A stretch of DNA of 64,000 bases from an uncultured delta proteobacterium (GTDB lineage Bacteria; Desulfobacterota; Binatia; HRBIN30; BPIQ01), in assembly GCA_963761335.1 (NCBI GenBank), contig CAVXGR010000013.1, positions 64,001-128,000 on the forward strand. Direction: 5' to 3'. Position numbers and translations under genes: made by a program. This document shows, in pieces, positions 13,436-23,874 of this stretch (the first letter of the stretch is position 1; each line of letters begins with the position of its first letter). The notes below the pieces were generated by a model that was given only the letters and a program-made list of their open reading frames with translations, did no database searches and was not told where the DNA came from.

Positions 13436-13870
13436 ATGGCCAGCGGCTTTCTGCTCCCCGACACCGAAGACACCGACTCCGGCCCCTTCTGGGAGGCCGC
13501 GGCCCGCGGCGAGCTGCGCGTGCAGCGCTGCGCCGACTGCGGCCGGCGCCGCCTGCCGCCGCGGCCGATGTGCCCCGCCTGTCGCTCCCTGAGACACGAT
13601 TGGGAGGTGATGTCCGGGCGCGGCACCATCTGGTCGTTTGTGGTCCCGCATCCGCCTCTCCTCCCGGCGTATGCCGAGCTGGCGCCCTACAACGTCATCA
13701 CCGTCGCCCTCGCTGAGGATCCGAACCTGCGCCTGGTCGGCAACCTCGTCGCCTCGGCGGGCGGAGCGATCAACGAGATCGATGCCGCGACCATTCGCAT
13801 CGGCGAGCCGGTGCACGTCGTCTTTCACACCGTGGACGGCGTCACCCTGCCGCGCTGGGTACGCGGGTGA
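13436..13870 (+). CDS. DUF35 Zn-ribbon/OB-fold protein (ChsH2-like partner)
   Basis: PFWEAA..QRCADC..PPRPMCPAC; directly follows the thiolase-like gene. Confidence 0.9.
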   Translation: MASGFLLPDTEDTDSGPFWEAAARGELRVQRCADCGRRRLPPRPMCPACRSLRHDWEVMSGRGTIWSFVVPHPPLLPAYAELAPYNVITVALAEDPNLRLVGNLVASAGGAINEIDAATIRIGEPVHVVFHTVDGVTLPRWVRG

Positions 13871-13966
13871 GATCGCAGCAGCGATGCGCCGGCGTCGCCG
13901 CTCCCGCCTCGCAAGGGCTGTTGAGAGACACGCCGATCTAGTACAGTCCAGCGCGGAGGTGCAGCC

Positions 13967-14893
13967 ATGGCGAAATGGACGGCCGACGACATCCCCGATC
14001 TCTCCGGCAAGACGATCATCGTCACCGGCGGCAACAGCGGTATCGGCTACGAGGCGTCGCTGCAGCTGGCGGGAAAGGGGGCGCGTGTCGTGCTCGCCTG
14101 CCGGGACCGCAAGAAGGCGCAGGCGGCGGTGGCGCGGCTTCGCGCCGCGCATCCTGAAGCAGAGGTCGAGGAGATGGCGCTCGATCTCGCCAGTCTGGAT
14201 TCGGTGCGCCGCTTCGCAGGCGATTTCCTGAGTGCGAATCGCGAGCTGCACGTGCTCTGCAACAACGCCGGGGTGATGGCCCTGCCCTACCGGCGCACCG
14301 CCGATGGCTTCGAGATGCAGATCGGCACCAACCATCTCGGGCACTTCGCGCTCACCGGGCTGTTGCTCGAGCGACTGCTCGCGACGCCCGGCTCGCGCGT
14401 GGTCACCGTCAGCAGCGGCGCACACCGCGTCGGCAAGATCCGTTTCGACGATCTGCAGTGGGAAAACGGCTATCGCAAATGGATGGCCTACGGACAGAGC
14501 AAGCTCGCCAACCTGCTGTTCACCTACGAGCTGCAGCGCCGCCTGGAGGCGAAAGCGACCGGCACCTTCGCCGTCGCCTGCCATCCGGGCTACGCCGCCA
14601 CCAACCTGCAGCTCGCCGGGCCGCAGATGGAGGGTTCCAGCCTGATGGAGTGGCTCTCGGGCGTGGGCAATCGCCTGCTGGCGCAGAGCGCCGCGATGGG
14701 AGCCCTGCCGACGCTCTATGCAGCCACCGCCCCCGACGTCCGCGGCGGCGACTACATCGGACCCGACGGCCCCGGCGAGATGTGGGGCCATCCGAGGAAG
14801 GTGCAGTCGAATGCGCGCTCCCGCGACCGCGACGCGGCGCGGCGGCTGTGGGAAGTCTCGGAGAAGCTGACCGGCGTGAAGTATCCGGTGTAG
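13967..14893 (+). CDS. Short-chain dehydrogenase/reductase (retinol dehydrogenase-like)
   Basis: TGGNSGIG, NNAG, YGQSK, HPG motifs; GGAGG RBS. Confidence 0.92.
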   Translation: MAKWTADDIPDLSGKTIIVTGGNSGIGYEASLQLAGKGARVVLACRDRKKAQAAVARLRAAHPEAEVEEMALDLASLDSVRRFAGDFLSANRELHVLCNNAGVMALPYRRTADGFEMQIGTNHLGHFALTGLLLERLLATPGSRVVTVSSGAHRVGKIRFDDLQWENGYRKWMAYGQSKLANLLFTYELQRRLEAKATGTFAVACHPGYAATNLQLAGPQMEGSSLMEWLSGVGNRLLAQSAAMGALPTLYAATAPDVRGGDYIGPDGPGEMWGHPRKVQSNARSRDRDAARRLWEVSEKLTGVKYPV

Positions 14894-14936
14894 AAGACAA
14901 TGCGACGTTGAGACGGTCAATTCCGGCTTCTAGTCC

Positions 14937-14974
14937 TAGCAGCCCGTTGAAGAACAGGCGGCGTCGGGCTGCTA
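14937..14974. terminator. Hairpin between convergent genes
   Basis: tagcagcccg ... cgggctgcta. Confidence 0.45.
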
Positions 14975-15559
14975 AACCGGGACTTCGCCGGCGATGGTGG
15001 TGCGGTACATCTCGCGTCGATAGCCATCGTGGTCGTTGAACGCCTGATGCAGACACAGGCGGTTGTCCCACATCGCCAACGTCTTGGGCGCCCAACGCAG
15101 GCGGCAAGTGAGCGCCGGTTGCGTGATGTGCTCGCCGAGAAAGCGCAGGAGCGGTTCCGCCTCCGCCTCGGTCATGCCGTCGATGCCCACCGCATAGGTC
15201 TGATCGCAGTAGAGCGATTTCTCACCCGTCGCCGGGTGCGTCCGCACCAGCGGATGGGCGCTGCCTTCCACCTTTTTCTTGATCGCCTCGTCGAGCTGGC
15301 TCGCCTGCCGCGATGCCGCCAGCCGGCCCAGCGGGCTGTCGTCGGGTTCCATCACCGATTGCACCGCAGCCAACACGTCACGCATCGACATGCGGACTTT
15401 GAGCGGGCCGATCATCGCCTTCATGGTGTCGCTCAAGAGCGCGTAGGCCAACGCCGAGTTGGCCCACATGGTGTCACCGCCGAAGGGCGGAATATCGACC
15501 CCGTACAACATACTGATCGCCGGCGGCCGGGCGAGAAAGGCCGAATCCGTATGCACCAC
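14972..15559 (-). pseudogene. 5'-truncated TauD/TfdA dioxygenase
   Basis: HTD..GGDTMWAN..HPLVRTHP..WDNRLCLH..R present; sequence upstream of HTD is unrelated to TauD. Confidence 0.75.
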
Positions 15560-15851
15560 CTCGAGCGGATTCAACCTCGACAGCGACAACAGCTGCAATC
15601 TCACTGCGATGGGCGACCAGCCCAATGACACCTCCAACCACATCCACCTGCTGGTGCGCGAGGCCACATCCCCGCCTCGCCGACCTGTGAAGGAAAGTGG
15701 CGGTCTCTCCGGATTCGTCAAGATTCTGTTACCGGGGCGTACTGGTCTGGCGATTTGGAACAGGCGTTTTATCAGATGGCGAGGCACGTGCACGAACTGG
15801 AAGATATCCGTTTCATGATTCTTCATTACAAACAAAACAAGGAGGCTTCAG

Positions 15852-16346
15852 ATGATGAGCAAGGCGACGGTCTGGATTTCTACATCCCTACTGGCAGCTG
15901 CGATCTTGCCCTTTGCCAAGTCCGCACCCGCGGCAGAGAGCGACGCGCAAGCTGTCATGGCCGCGTCGGCGCAGTTCTATGCTGCGTTGAACCGGATGTT
16001 TACGGGTGACATAGGTCAAATGAAGGAGGTCTGGTCCCACGCAGACGATGCCATCTACATGGGTCCCACGGGGGGAATCAAAGTCGGGTGGAACGAGATC
16101 CTCAAAGTCTGGGAGGCACAGGCCGCCATGAAGCTCGGCGGCAAGGTGGAAGCTGGAGATGTGCAAGTCGCGGTGGGCCGGGATATCGCGATCGTGAGCA
16201 ATTACGAGAACGGAGAGAACACCAACGTAAAAGGAGAGGTCCAAAAGGTTTCAATTCGGGCAACCAACGTATTCCGCCAAGAGGGTGGGAAGTGGAAAAT
16301 GATTGGACACCACACGGATCTCCTGCCCTGGGACCTGGACAAATGA
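15852..16346 (+). CDS. Secreted SnoaL/NTF2-like (DUF4440-type) protein
   Basis: Signal peptide, AAGGAGG RBS, FYAALN..VWSH..RATNVFRQEGGKWKMIGHH; visibly lower GC. Confidence 0.85.
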   Translation: MMSKATVWISTSLLAAAILPFAKSAPAAESDAQAVMAASAQFYAALNRMFTGDIGQMKEVWSHADDAIYMGPTGGIKVGWNEILKVWEAQAAMKLGGKVEAGDVQVAVGRDIAIVSNYENGENTNVKGEVQKVSIRATNVFRQEGGKWKMIGHHTDLLPWDLDK

Positions 16347-16375
16347 CGAGCCGCGCGACCTCTTGAGAAGACGAA

Positions 16376-16518
16376 CCGCAGAGGCGCTGAGGACGCAGAG
16401 AAATCGGCCAGCTAAACAGTCCAAGGAGGGGTTTTCGCAACACCGCCGGCGCCCGGGGACAGAATTGATCCCTTGTTCTTCTCCGCGTCCACTCTGCGTC
16501 TCCGCGTCTCTGCGGTGA
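16376..16518. repeat. CCGCAGAGACGCGGAGACGCAGAG-type inverted repeat pair
   Basis: ccgcagaggcgctgaggacgcagag ... ctctgcgtctccgcgtctctgcggtga. Confidence 0.6.
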
Positions 16519-16628
16519 ATCCTTTCTTCGGATTGAGGCGGAGCCGCTCTCACTACGGCGCACCCGAGCAACGCGTCGAACTCATGAGTCACCGAGCCAC
16601 TGGGATACTGAGCCACCGAGAGACTCTC

Positions 16629-18869
16629 TCACGTCGGGTCGACGTAGATCGGCGACGACCAGGCGCGCTCCTCGATGGTGGCCAGGCAATCGTCCGAGGC
16701 CGGGGTGCGGTAATCGCCGTAACAGGGGTGCACCTCGAGGCAGCGGCCGCTCTCGTCGAGCTTGCAGCGCAGGCCGCCGGCGTTGACGGCGGGGCTCGGC
16801 TCCTCGATGGCGCGCACGTAGTAGACGGCGCCTCGCGCCGAGTCGGCGTAGTCGGGATCGTCGAACTCCACCGTGCAGCCGTCCTGCGCGGTATCGCAGG
16901 TGAAGGTGCGCCACGGGTCCTCGATCAGGCCGGCGACCGGCTCGTTCGGACGCACCTGCGGGCGGATGCGCACCACCTCGATGCGGGTGATGCGTTTGCG
17001 CTCGTCGGAGGGGTTGTAGCACTCGCCCTTGCAGACGTAGCGCAGGCGCTCCGGGGTGAGCGAGCGCACGCTGTAGTCCGGGCATCCCGGCTTCTGCTTG
17101 AAGGCGCCGACGGCGCGCACTCGAAACTTCGGCGCGCTGCTCATCTGCACCTGGGAGCCCATCGGCGCCGGCCCGCTCGGGCCGTCCAGCAGATCGAACC
17201 ACAGCAAGATGCGATCGCCGCTGGTGCCGTAGGTCTCCTTGCGCTTGAGCGCCTCCCACACCGCCTCGCGGCTGCGGCCCGCGGAGTGCACCGCCACCAG
17301 ACCTCCGGTCATGAAGAAGGACGCCTGGCGCTCGGACTCGAGGGCACCGAAACCGCGCGAGCGCGCCACCTCCACGTTGACGCGCACCGAGTGCGCCACC
17401 GGCGCCTCCTGCGGTCCCTCGAGACGCTTGCGCCAGGTCTCGTCGCGGGCCCCCGCCGCCTCGGTTTCCCCGAGACGACCGAACTCCTTGTAGCCGGTTC
17501 CCGGCCGCGCCCGGTGGTTGTCGCTCGAGGCGATGATGCCGAAGTGAAAGTGCTGCGGGTGCGCCGGGTCGTCGAAGTTGGAGATGGCCAGGGCGTACTG
17601 CGTCGAGCCTCCCGGGCGGTAATTGAAGGACGGGATGAAGCAGTCCTTGCACTGGCCCGAATCGAGCCAGTCCTCGGGCTTGGCGCCGGGCACGGTGAGG
17701 CGAGCGGCGACGCCACCCATGGCGTAGTTCTGCCGCGCCTCGGCGGCGCGGGCCGAGCACTCGAGGTCGTCGGTGCCTTCGTCGCGGCAGCGCTTGCCGA
17801 TGATCTCGCCGGCGCGCCAGCAGCTCGGCAGGTAATCCTTGGTCGGCTCCGGGCAGTACGGATAGCCGTTCTCATCGAAGCGCACGGCGCGCCAGTCGCG
17901 GTACTGCTCCGAGTTGCCGTGGCCCGACATGATCTCGATGAGAATCTGCTTCTTGGGATCGTTCTCGGAGGGCGACAGCTGCTTGTCCCAGGTGATCCCG
18001 GGGGGTGAGTAGTATCCCCAGGTGTTGCCGTGCGGGATGACGATGGTGTCGAAGCCCCAATCGTCGAGCTTGTCGAAGAGCTCGCGCGGCGTCGTCGCCG
18101 ACTCGTAGCAGTCGGGCGGCAGCTGGCGCGAGTTGATCCCCTGCGGGCACTTGGGCACGGCGCGCACCTCGTCCATGAAGTTGATGAAATCGAAGTAGCG
18201 CTGGCGTTGTGAGAAATCGAGGAAGGGCACATACCACTTCATTCCGCCGACGGAGCCGCGCAGCGCGTCGGTGGCGAGGCCGGCGGCGCCGATGGCGCGC
18301 GCCGGGACCTGGTCGTCGGCAAGGTCGCGGAAGATAACGTTCTTGTGACCGTAGTGCTCCGCGGGGGTGGCGCCCACCTGGCTCCACTCCCAGCCGAGGA
18401 AGACGGCCACGTCGGGATTCGACGGATCACCCGACACCGCGTTGCACTGGCGGATGGCCTCGCGTGTCTCCTTCCAGCGCCGCGGCGTGGTCGCTTCGGC
18501 ATGGTCGTTGATCGACCAGAAGTCGAGGGCAGAGCAGAAGCGCGCGAAGTCGCAGGCGTCGGCCACCGGGTGGGCGCCTTCGCCCTGCACCATCGGCAGG
18601 CTCCACAGGAAGGCGTCGGTAGAGAAGGTGGTGTGCACGTGCAGGTCGCCGAAGAGGATCTGCTTTTCCGCGGGAGCACCCACGGCGCCGGCCGCTGCCG
18701 ACTGCGCCGTGTGGCGCTCCGCCAGCACCGCCGGCGGCACTGCCTTGTTGGTTGCCGTTCCGGCGCCGAGATGCTCGCCGTAGAGATGCCTCCAGGCGCC
18801 GCCGGCGTAGAGAATGACGATCAACAGCAGGACCGCCACGACCAGCAGGATTCGCTTCACGATCGACAT
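16629..18869 (-). CDS. DUF3604 domain protein (PHP-like metallohydrolase), membrane-anchored
   Basis: FGDLHVHTTFSTDA, DHAE, IPHGN, SSDNH, ETYGTSGDRI, ERAWSSPIY; start MSIVKRIL after GGAGGAGG. Confidence 0.88.
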   Translation of the reverse strand: MSIVKRILLVVAVLLLIVILYAGGAWRHLYGEHLGAGTATNKAVPPAVLAERHTAQSAAAGAVGAPAEKQILFGDLHVHTTFSTDAFLWSLPMVQGEGAHPVADACDFARFCSALDFWSINDHAEATTPRRWKETREAIRQCNAVSGDPSNPDVAVFLGWEWSQVGATPAEHYGHKNVIFRDLADDQVPARAIGAAGLATDALRGSVGGMKWYVPFLDFSQRQRYFDFINFMDEVRAVPKCPQGINSRQLPPDCYESATTPRELFDKLDDWGFDTIVIPHGNTWGYYSPPGITWDKQLSPSENDPKKQILIEIMSGHGNSEQYRDWRAVRFDENGYPYCPEPTKDYLPSCWRAGEIIGKRCRDEGTDDLECSARAAEARQNYAMGGVAARLTVPGAKPEDWLDSGQCKDCFIPSFNYRPGGSTQYALAISNFDDPAHPQHFHFGIIASSDNHRARPGTGYKEFGRLGETEAAGARDETWRKRLEGPQEAPVAHSVRVNVEVARSRGFGALESERQASFFMTGGLVAVHSAGRSREAVWEALKRKETYGTSGDRILLWFDLLDGPSGPAPMGSQVQMSSAPKFRVRAVGAFKQKPGCPDYSVRSLTPERLRYVCKGECYNPSDERKRITRIEVVRIRPQVRPNEPVAGLIEDPWRTFTCDTAQDGCTVEFDDPDYADSARGAVYYVRAIEEPSPAVNAGGLRCKLDESGRCLEVHPCYGDYRTPASDDCLATIEERAWSSPIYVDPT

Positions 18870-19077
18870 ATATGCGCCTCCTCCCCGCGGCGCCCATAGC
18901 ACAGCTGTCGTGGCCGGCACCAACCGGGTGGAGGCCTTCAGGGGGGAAACTTGGTAGAGTCCCTCAACACGGGTAAGGAAAATCCCTAATTGACCCGTGC
19001 CTGCGCGGAGAGTACGAAGCAAGGCGTGGCAAGCGGCGGGAGGGAGAATTATGGCCCCGACATACGCAGCAACCGAG

Positions 19078-20556
19078 CTACTTCGAGACGCGGGACTCTG
19101 GAGTGAGTCGGCTCGCAACATGCCCCTGATCGGCTTCGTCGCCGGCGGGCTGGTGAGCTTCGCGATGTGGCTCCTTGTTGGCTGCGCCGCCTGGGCCGTT
19201 CTCTGAGACCCGGCGCCGGGCGCCACCGACGATATCGTCGGCGAGAGCGGCGTAGTCGCCGTCGAAGTGGTGGCCGCCGCTGGTGTGAATGATCTCCGCG
19301 GCAGCCAGGGCCGCATCGCGACACAGCGTGTCGTCCTCATCCTCTCCGTAGAAGCACTGGATCTTGCCCGCCTCGATCTGCCGGATCTCGGGCAGCACCA
19401 GCGGGCCCTCGTCGGGCGGCGCCTTGCCCAGAATGTCGGCGATCTTGATCTCGAAGGTGGCGGTGGACTCGAGCCCCAGCAAGGAGAGCTGTACCACGTC
19501 GCGGCGCACCTCCGGCGGCAGGCGGTTGTAAGCGAAGGGCAGGATGTCGGCCCCGAAGGAGTAGCCCGCCAGGATGATCGCATCTCTGTTCCAGCGCCGC
19601 TCATAGACGCGGATGATCTCGGCCAGGTCGACGGCCACCTCCTCGGGCGATTTCTCCCGCCAGAAGTAGCGCAAGCAGTCGACGCCCACCACGGGCACCC
19701 CGCGCTTTTGGAGGATCTCGCCGACCTGCTTGTCGATGTCGCGCCAGCCCCCGTCACCCGAGAAGATCACCGCCATGATGCGCCCGGTGTTGCTCACCGG
19801 ATACTCGACCAGCGGCAGGTCCTCGACCGCAGTCGACGGTGTTGGTGCCGCGAGCAGAGCCGGCGCGATCAGCGCCTCGAGGCGCGCCGCCAGCGGCTCC
19901 TTCTCCGAAGTGACCACCACGGTGGCTCGGGTGCCGGAGAGCAGGCCCTTCAGATACTCCGGCATCGGCGTCGGCGCCCCGAGGCGCCACCAGCCGGGCA
20001 GCCCGGAACGTGGACCGTAGCGAAAGCCGCCGCCGGGGACGGGGCTCGACGGTGCACCCGGACAGAGCGGGACCCGAGTGCGCAGCGCCGGCGCCGGATC
20101 GAGGCTGACGGCGCCGGCCACCGTTGCCGCCGGCGACTGGGCCAGCGCGGCGTACGCCAGCGTACCGCCGGCGCCGACGCCGGCCAGGATCGGCGAGGCG
20201 TAGCGATTGAAGCGCAGCTCCCGCTGGAGCGTCTGACTGAGAAACTCGACCTCGGAGAGCAGGTAGTGGCAGCCGTCGTCGCTGGCCGCAAGGCCGCGGA
20301 GATACTCGCCCAGGTCGACGCCGACGACCACGGCGCCGCGGGCAGTGAGGGCCGTGGCCGCATCGGTGAGCGGCGTGCTCCATCCGGACACGTCGGAGAA
20401 GAGGAACACCAGATCGTCGGCGGCGCGTGCCGGAATGTACAGCCGCACCGTCCCCATCCGCCCCGCCGCGCGTTTTTCCACGCGCGGCGGTATCGGCGCC
20501 TGATGACAGGAGGCGAGCAGCAAAATCGCAGCGAGACAGAGGGCGCGGAAACGCAT
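19078..20556 (-). CDS. AcvB/VirJ-family lysyl-phosphatidylglycerol hydrolase-like protein
   Basis: FSGDGGWRDID, GVDCLRYFW, GYSFGAD, GGHHFDGDY. Confidence 0.88.
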   Translation of the reverse strand: MRFRALCLAAILLLASCHQAPIPPRVEKRAAGRMGTVRLYIPARAADDLVFLFSDVSGWSTPLTDAATALTARGAVVVGVDLGEYLRGLAASDDGCHYLLSEVEFLSQTLQRELRFNRYASPILAGVGAGGTLAYAALAQSPAATVAGAVSLDPAPALRTRVPLCPGAPSSPVPGGGFRYGPRSGLPGWWRLGAPTPMPEYLKGLLSGTRATVVVTSEKEPLAARLEALIAPALLAAPTPSTAVEDLPLVEYPVSNTGRIMAVIFSGDGGWRDIDKQVGEILQKRGVPVVGVDCLRYFWREKSPEEVAVDLAEIIRVYERRWNRDAIILAGYSFGADILPFAYNRLPPEVRRDVVQLSLLGLESTATFEIKIADILGKAPPDEGPLVLPEIRQIEAGKIQCFYGEDEDDTLCRDAALAAAEIIHTSGGHHFDGDYAALADDIVGGARRRVSENGPGGAANKEPHREAHQPAGDEADQGHVASRLTPESRVSK

Positions 20557-20690
20557 CGGCGGAGCGGTGGTGCCGCCACGGCGGCGCCGCGATCATAGCG
20601 CGGCGGCAGAGGAGGAGAAATGCCGGCGGTGAGTGGTGCGCAGACGCCGTCTCGCCACTTCCGGAAGCGCAGCGAAGACGCCGCCGCGGT

Positions 20691-22085
20691 TCAGACGCGC
20701 CCCGGCGCAACGACGATGCGGCCCCGCATGCCGGCGGGCGGCGGCACGCCGAGCTCGTCGAGGATGGTCGGCGCCATGTCCATCAGCTGCAGCTCGCCGA
20801 CCCGGGACCCCCCGCCTTCGCGTCCGCCCTCGCCGCGGATGAAGATGCCCTGCCAGTCGTGATTGGCGTCGTCGGGCCCGATGTCGTTCTCGAACGTGTG
20901 AATCGTGCCGAGGCCGACGCTGCCAATGGAGCGCCAGGCGAGGTCGCCGAAGTAGACGATCAGATCCGGGGCAATGCCGTTTACCTGCCGATAGAGATCC
21001 TCCGGTCGGTACGCGCGAGAGCCGAGGCATCTGCCGCCCGCATCCTCGATGGCGGCAATGGCCGCGATCAGGTCGCCGCGGGCTCGCTCGTAGTCGCCGG
21101 GCTCGACGATGCCCTGCGGTTCGCGCCCCTTGACGTTCAGAAACAGCCGCCCGTAGTAGCCCCCCTCCGCCCAGGCGCGGGTGCGCCGCCAGTCGACCAG
21201 CCGCGCGCTCATCGGTGTCGGCCCCGCGGGCCGGCCGTGGAGCACCAGATCGCCGCGGCGAATCAGCCATTCGTTGAAACAGATGCCTCCCTGCATGGCC
21301 CGGGCGCCGTGATCGGAGACGACGAAGACCGTCGTGCCGGCGCCGAGGAGGTCCAGGAGCGCGCCGACCTCGCCGTCGACGTGACGGTAATAGTCGCGGA
21401 TGCTGCTCTCGAAGGGATTGCCGGCTTCATACTTCGGATGCAGCGGGTCGATGTACTTCCAGAAGCCGTGGTGGATGCGGTCGACGCCGATCTCCACCAT
21501 CATGAAGAAGTCCCACGGGCGCGAGGCGAGCAGATGCCGCGCCACCGCGAAGTGCTGCTCCGTCCTCCGATAGATGCGCTGCAGCAGACCGGCCTTGTCG
21601 TCGGTGCGAAAATCCTCGACGTCGAAGGCGTAGTCGGGCGCCACGCGCTCCACCTCGGCGCGGAGATCGGCGGGGTAGGTGTAGGGGCGCTGGCGCGAGG
21701 GGGTGAGGAAGCCGCTGACCATGCAGCCGTTCACCGGCCGGGGCGGATAGGTCTGCGGCACACCGTGGACGATCACCTTCTTGCCGGCGCGGGAGAGAAC
21801 GTCCCACACGAGCTCGCAGCGCACCTGCCGCGAGCTGGCCAGCAGATAGTCGTCGTAGGCGTAGCTGCGGCGGTTGCGGAAGCCGTACAGGCCGAGCTCG
21901 CCGGGATCGCGGCCGGACATCATCGACGCCCAGGCCGGAACGGTGATGGGTGGGTGGCTGCTGCGCATCTCCCCCCAGAGGCCTCGCTCCGCGAGAGCCC
22001 TCAGGTGGGGGAGGTCGTCTCTCCAGCGATCGAAGACCAGACCCGGAGCCGCGCCATCCAGGCCGATGACGGCGACCCGTCTCAT
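20691..22085 (-). CDS. Alkaline-phosphatase-superfamily nucleotide pyrophosphatase/phosphodiesterase
   Basis: IGLDGA, PPITVPAW, DRIHH, VSDHG, DDANH. Confidence 0.9.
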   Translation of the reverse strand: MRRVAVIGLDGAAPGLVFDRWRDDLPHLRALAERGLWGEMRSSHPPITVPAWASMMSGRDPGELGLYGFRNRRSYAYDDYLLASSRQVRCELVWDVLSRAGKKVIVHGVPQTYPPRPVNGCMVSGFLTPSRQRPYTYPADLRAEVERVAPDYAFDVEDFRTDDKAGLLQRIYRRTEQHFAVARHLLASRPWDFFMMVEIGVDRIHHGFWKYIDPLHPKYEAGNPFESSIRDYYRHVDGEVGALLDLLGAGTTVFVVSDHGARAMQGGICFNEWLIRRGDLVLHGRPAGPTPMSARLVDWRRTRAWAEGGYYGRLFLNVKGREPQGIVEPGDYERARGDLIAAIAAIEDAGGRCLGSRAYRPEDLYRQVNGIAPDLIVYFGDLAWRSIGSVGLGTIHTFENDIGPDDANHDWQGIFIRGEGGREGGGSRVGELQLMDMAPTILDELGVPPPAGMRGRIVVAPGRV

Positions 22086-22121
22086 CCACGATCGGGCCGC
22101 AGCGTTCCCGGCGATTCTAGC

Positions 22122-22856
22122 TCACTCGGCGGTCGAGTGACCCGCCGATGGCTGGCGCGCCAGGATGATGTTGCTCACCCGGCCGTCGCTGACGTCGACC
22201 CGCACCCAATGACCGTCGTAGAGCCCGACGTCGACTCCCTCGGGCGCCACGTACACCCCGGGCAACCCGGCGAGACTGAAGGTGCGGAGCGCCGCATCTC
22301 GGGCAACCAGCTGCCCCTCCATCATGTTGACCTGCGGCTCGGGGCGCCCGGCGGCCGCCGGAGCCGGCGGCGGCGGGACGGGCGGAGCGCTGGCCAGCTG
22401 GATGTTCTCCACCTTGCCGCGGTGCGTTCTGATGCGCACGAATCTCCCCGCATAGAGGCCGACGTCGACTCCCGCCGGCGCCACATAGGTCTGCGTGTCG
22501 CCTGCCAGGGTGAACACTCCGGCGGTCGGATCCACGACCTTGAGCTCTCCCTGAGCCACCATCTCCGTATCGGTCACTTGGTCGACGTGGATGGGGTTCG
22601 GCGTGATGCTCTCCACATGCCCGTTGCTCGACACGTCGACGATCACGTTCTTGCCATCGAGGGCCTCGATGTCCGTTCCCGCCGGCGCAGCAAAGGTGCG
22701 GCCCTCGTGCCCGACGATCCGGAACCGCTGCGACGATCCGATGACCACCAGCTCTCCCCGCAGCGTGTCGGCGCGAACGGTGGCCGGGACCACCATCGAC
22801 AGAGCGAGGGCGAAACCGATTGCCGAGATGAACGCGGCGGCTACTCTGTTTTGCAT
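22122..22856 (-). CDS. Secreted hypothetical protein with three ~60-aa internal repeats
   Basis: Signal peptide; repeated GxL..F...G...(F/Y)xAPxGxD...GxxVx(V/I)...GxVxxI; GGAGAGGAG RBS. Confidence 0.75.
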   Translation of the reverse strand: MQNRVAAAFISAIGFALALSMVVPATVRADTLRGELVVIGSSQRFRIVGHEGRTFAAPAGTDIEALDGKNVIVDVSSNGHVESITPNPIHVDQVTDTEMVAQGELKVVDPTAGVFTLAGDTQTYVAPAGVDVGLYAGRFVRIRTHRGKVENIQLASAPPVPPPPAPAAAGRPEPQVNMMEGQLVARDAALRTFSLAGLPGVYVAPEGVDVGLYDGHWVRVDVSDGRVSNIILARQPSAGHSTAE

Positions 22857-23007
22857 TGGGCACTCCTCCCGTAGGTGGCGGCAGGCAATAGATATGCCAT
22901 CAGAGCGACACTGTTCCGGCGACGCAGATGGATTCAGATTTCACGATCTTCTCCCGCAGCAGTGAAAGAAATACAAGGGGGCGCCGCCAGGTCGAAGGCG
23001 GCGGCCG

Positions 23008-23787
23008 TCAGAGCACGGGCAGCGGCGCCTGCGGCACGGTGGACCAGAAATCCGGGTCGTGGCCGTAGAAGATGCGCGCCCCGGCACGCTGCAGGTCGCG
23101 CAGGCGCCGCAGCGAGGCCAGCATGGCGTCGCGGTCGGCGACGGCAGCCGGAAGGGTGAGTCGCTCGAGCGTCTCGCGCAGGTAGCAGGCGTCGGCGGCG
23201 AGCACGACCGGCCCGGACTCGAGCTGCACGCGCAGCGACTGGTGGCCAGGGGTGTGACCGTGCGTCGGAATGCAGAAGATGCGGCCATCGCCGAAGAGAT
23301 CGTGCTCGCCGTCGACCGCCAAGACATCGTGCCCCAGATCGTAGTCCGCCCGGTAGTAGTAGTTGGCGGCGATTTGCTCAGCATGGTGCCCGGCTTCCCA
23401 TTCCCGGCGCTGCACGATCAGCCGCGCATTGGGAATCGCAGCGTTGGCGCCGCAGTGATCGAAATGCAGGTGCGAGTTGATCAGGTAGCGGACGCGGTCG
23501 CGGTCGACGCCGATCTCCGCCAGGCGGCCGGCGACGTCTTCGCCGGCACCGAGCTCGACCGTGAAGAGATTCGCCAGCTCGCGGAGACGGCCGCGCGCAT
23601 CGACTCCGGCCGCAGCGTTCAGGCCGGTGTCGAAGAGCACCGCGCCGCGCGGGTGCTCGATGAGATAGGCCGGCACCGGCACCCGCAAGGCGCCGCTGGC
23701 AGTGGCGAGGAAGAGCTTGGCTGGAGCCGTGAGCCAGCCACAGGTCAGAGCGTAGAGCCGCAGCCCCGATGCGCCGCCGGAGATCAT
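23008..23787 (-). CDS. N-acyl-homoserine-lactonase-family MBL-fold hydrolase
   Basis: SHLHFDHCG, GHTPGHQS, ADACY, GHD. Confidence 0.85.
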   Translation of the reverse strand: MISGGASGLRLYALTCGWLTAPAKLFLATASGALRVPVPAYLIEHPRGAVLFDTGLNAAAGVDARGRLRELANLFTVELGAGEDVAGRLAEIGVDRDRVRYLINSHLHFDHCGANAAIPNARLIVQRREWEAGHHAEQIAANYYYRADYDLGHDVLAVDGEHDLFGDGRIFCIPTHGHTPGHQSLRVQLESGPVVLAADACYLRETLERLTLPAAVADRDAMLASLRRLRDLQRAGARIFYGHDPDFWSTVPQAPLPVL

Positions 23788-23874
23788 CGTGGCGACTCTC
23801 TCACGACTCGGCCACAGCGTCGAGTCAGATCATCGCTCATTGACGCAACATCGGCGCCTGCGTAGGGAAAGCTG

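Noticed and set aside
18870..19757. 1,042-aa version of the DUF3604 ORF
   Set aside because: It overlaps the AcvB-like gene; the real start with RBS and TM anchor is at 18869.
23008..23787. Quorum-quenching role for the lactonase-like gene
   Set aside because: The family motif alone does not establish an AHL substrate, and no luxI/luxR context is present.
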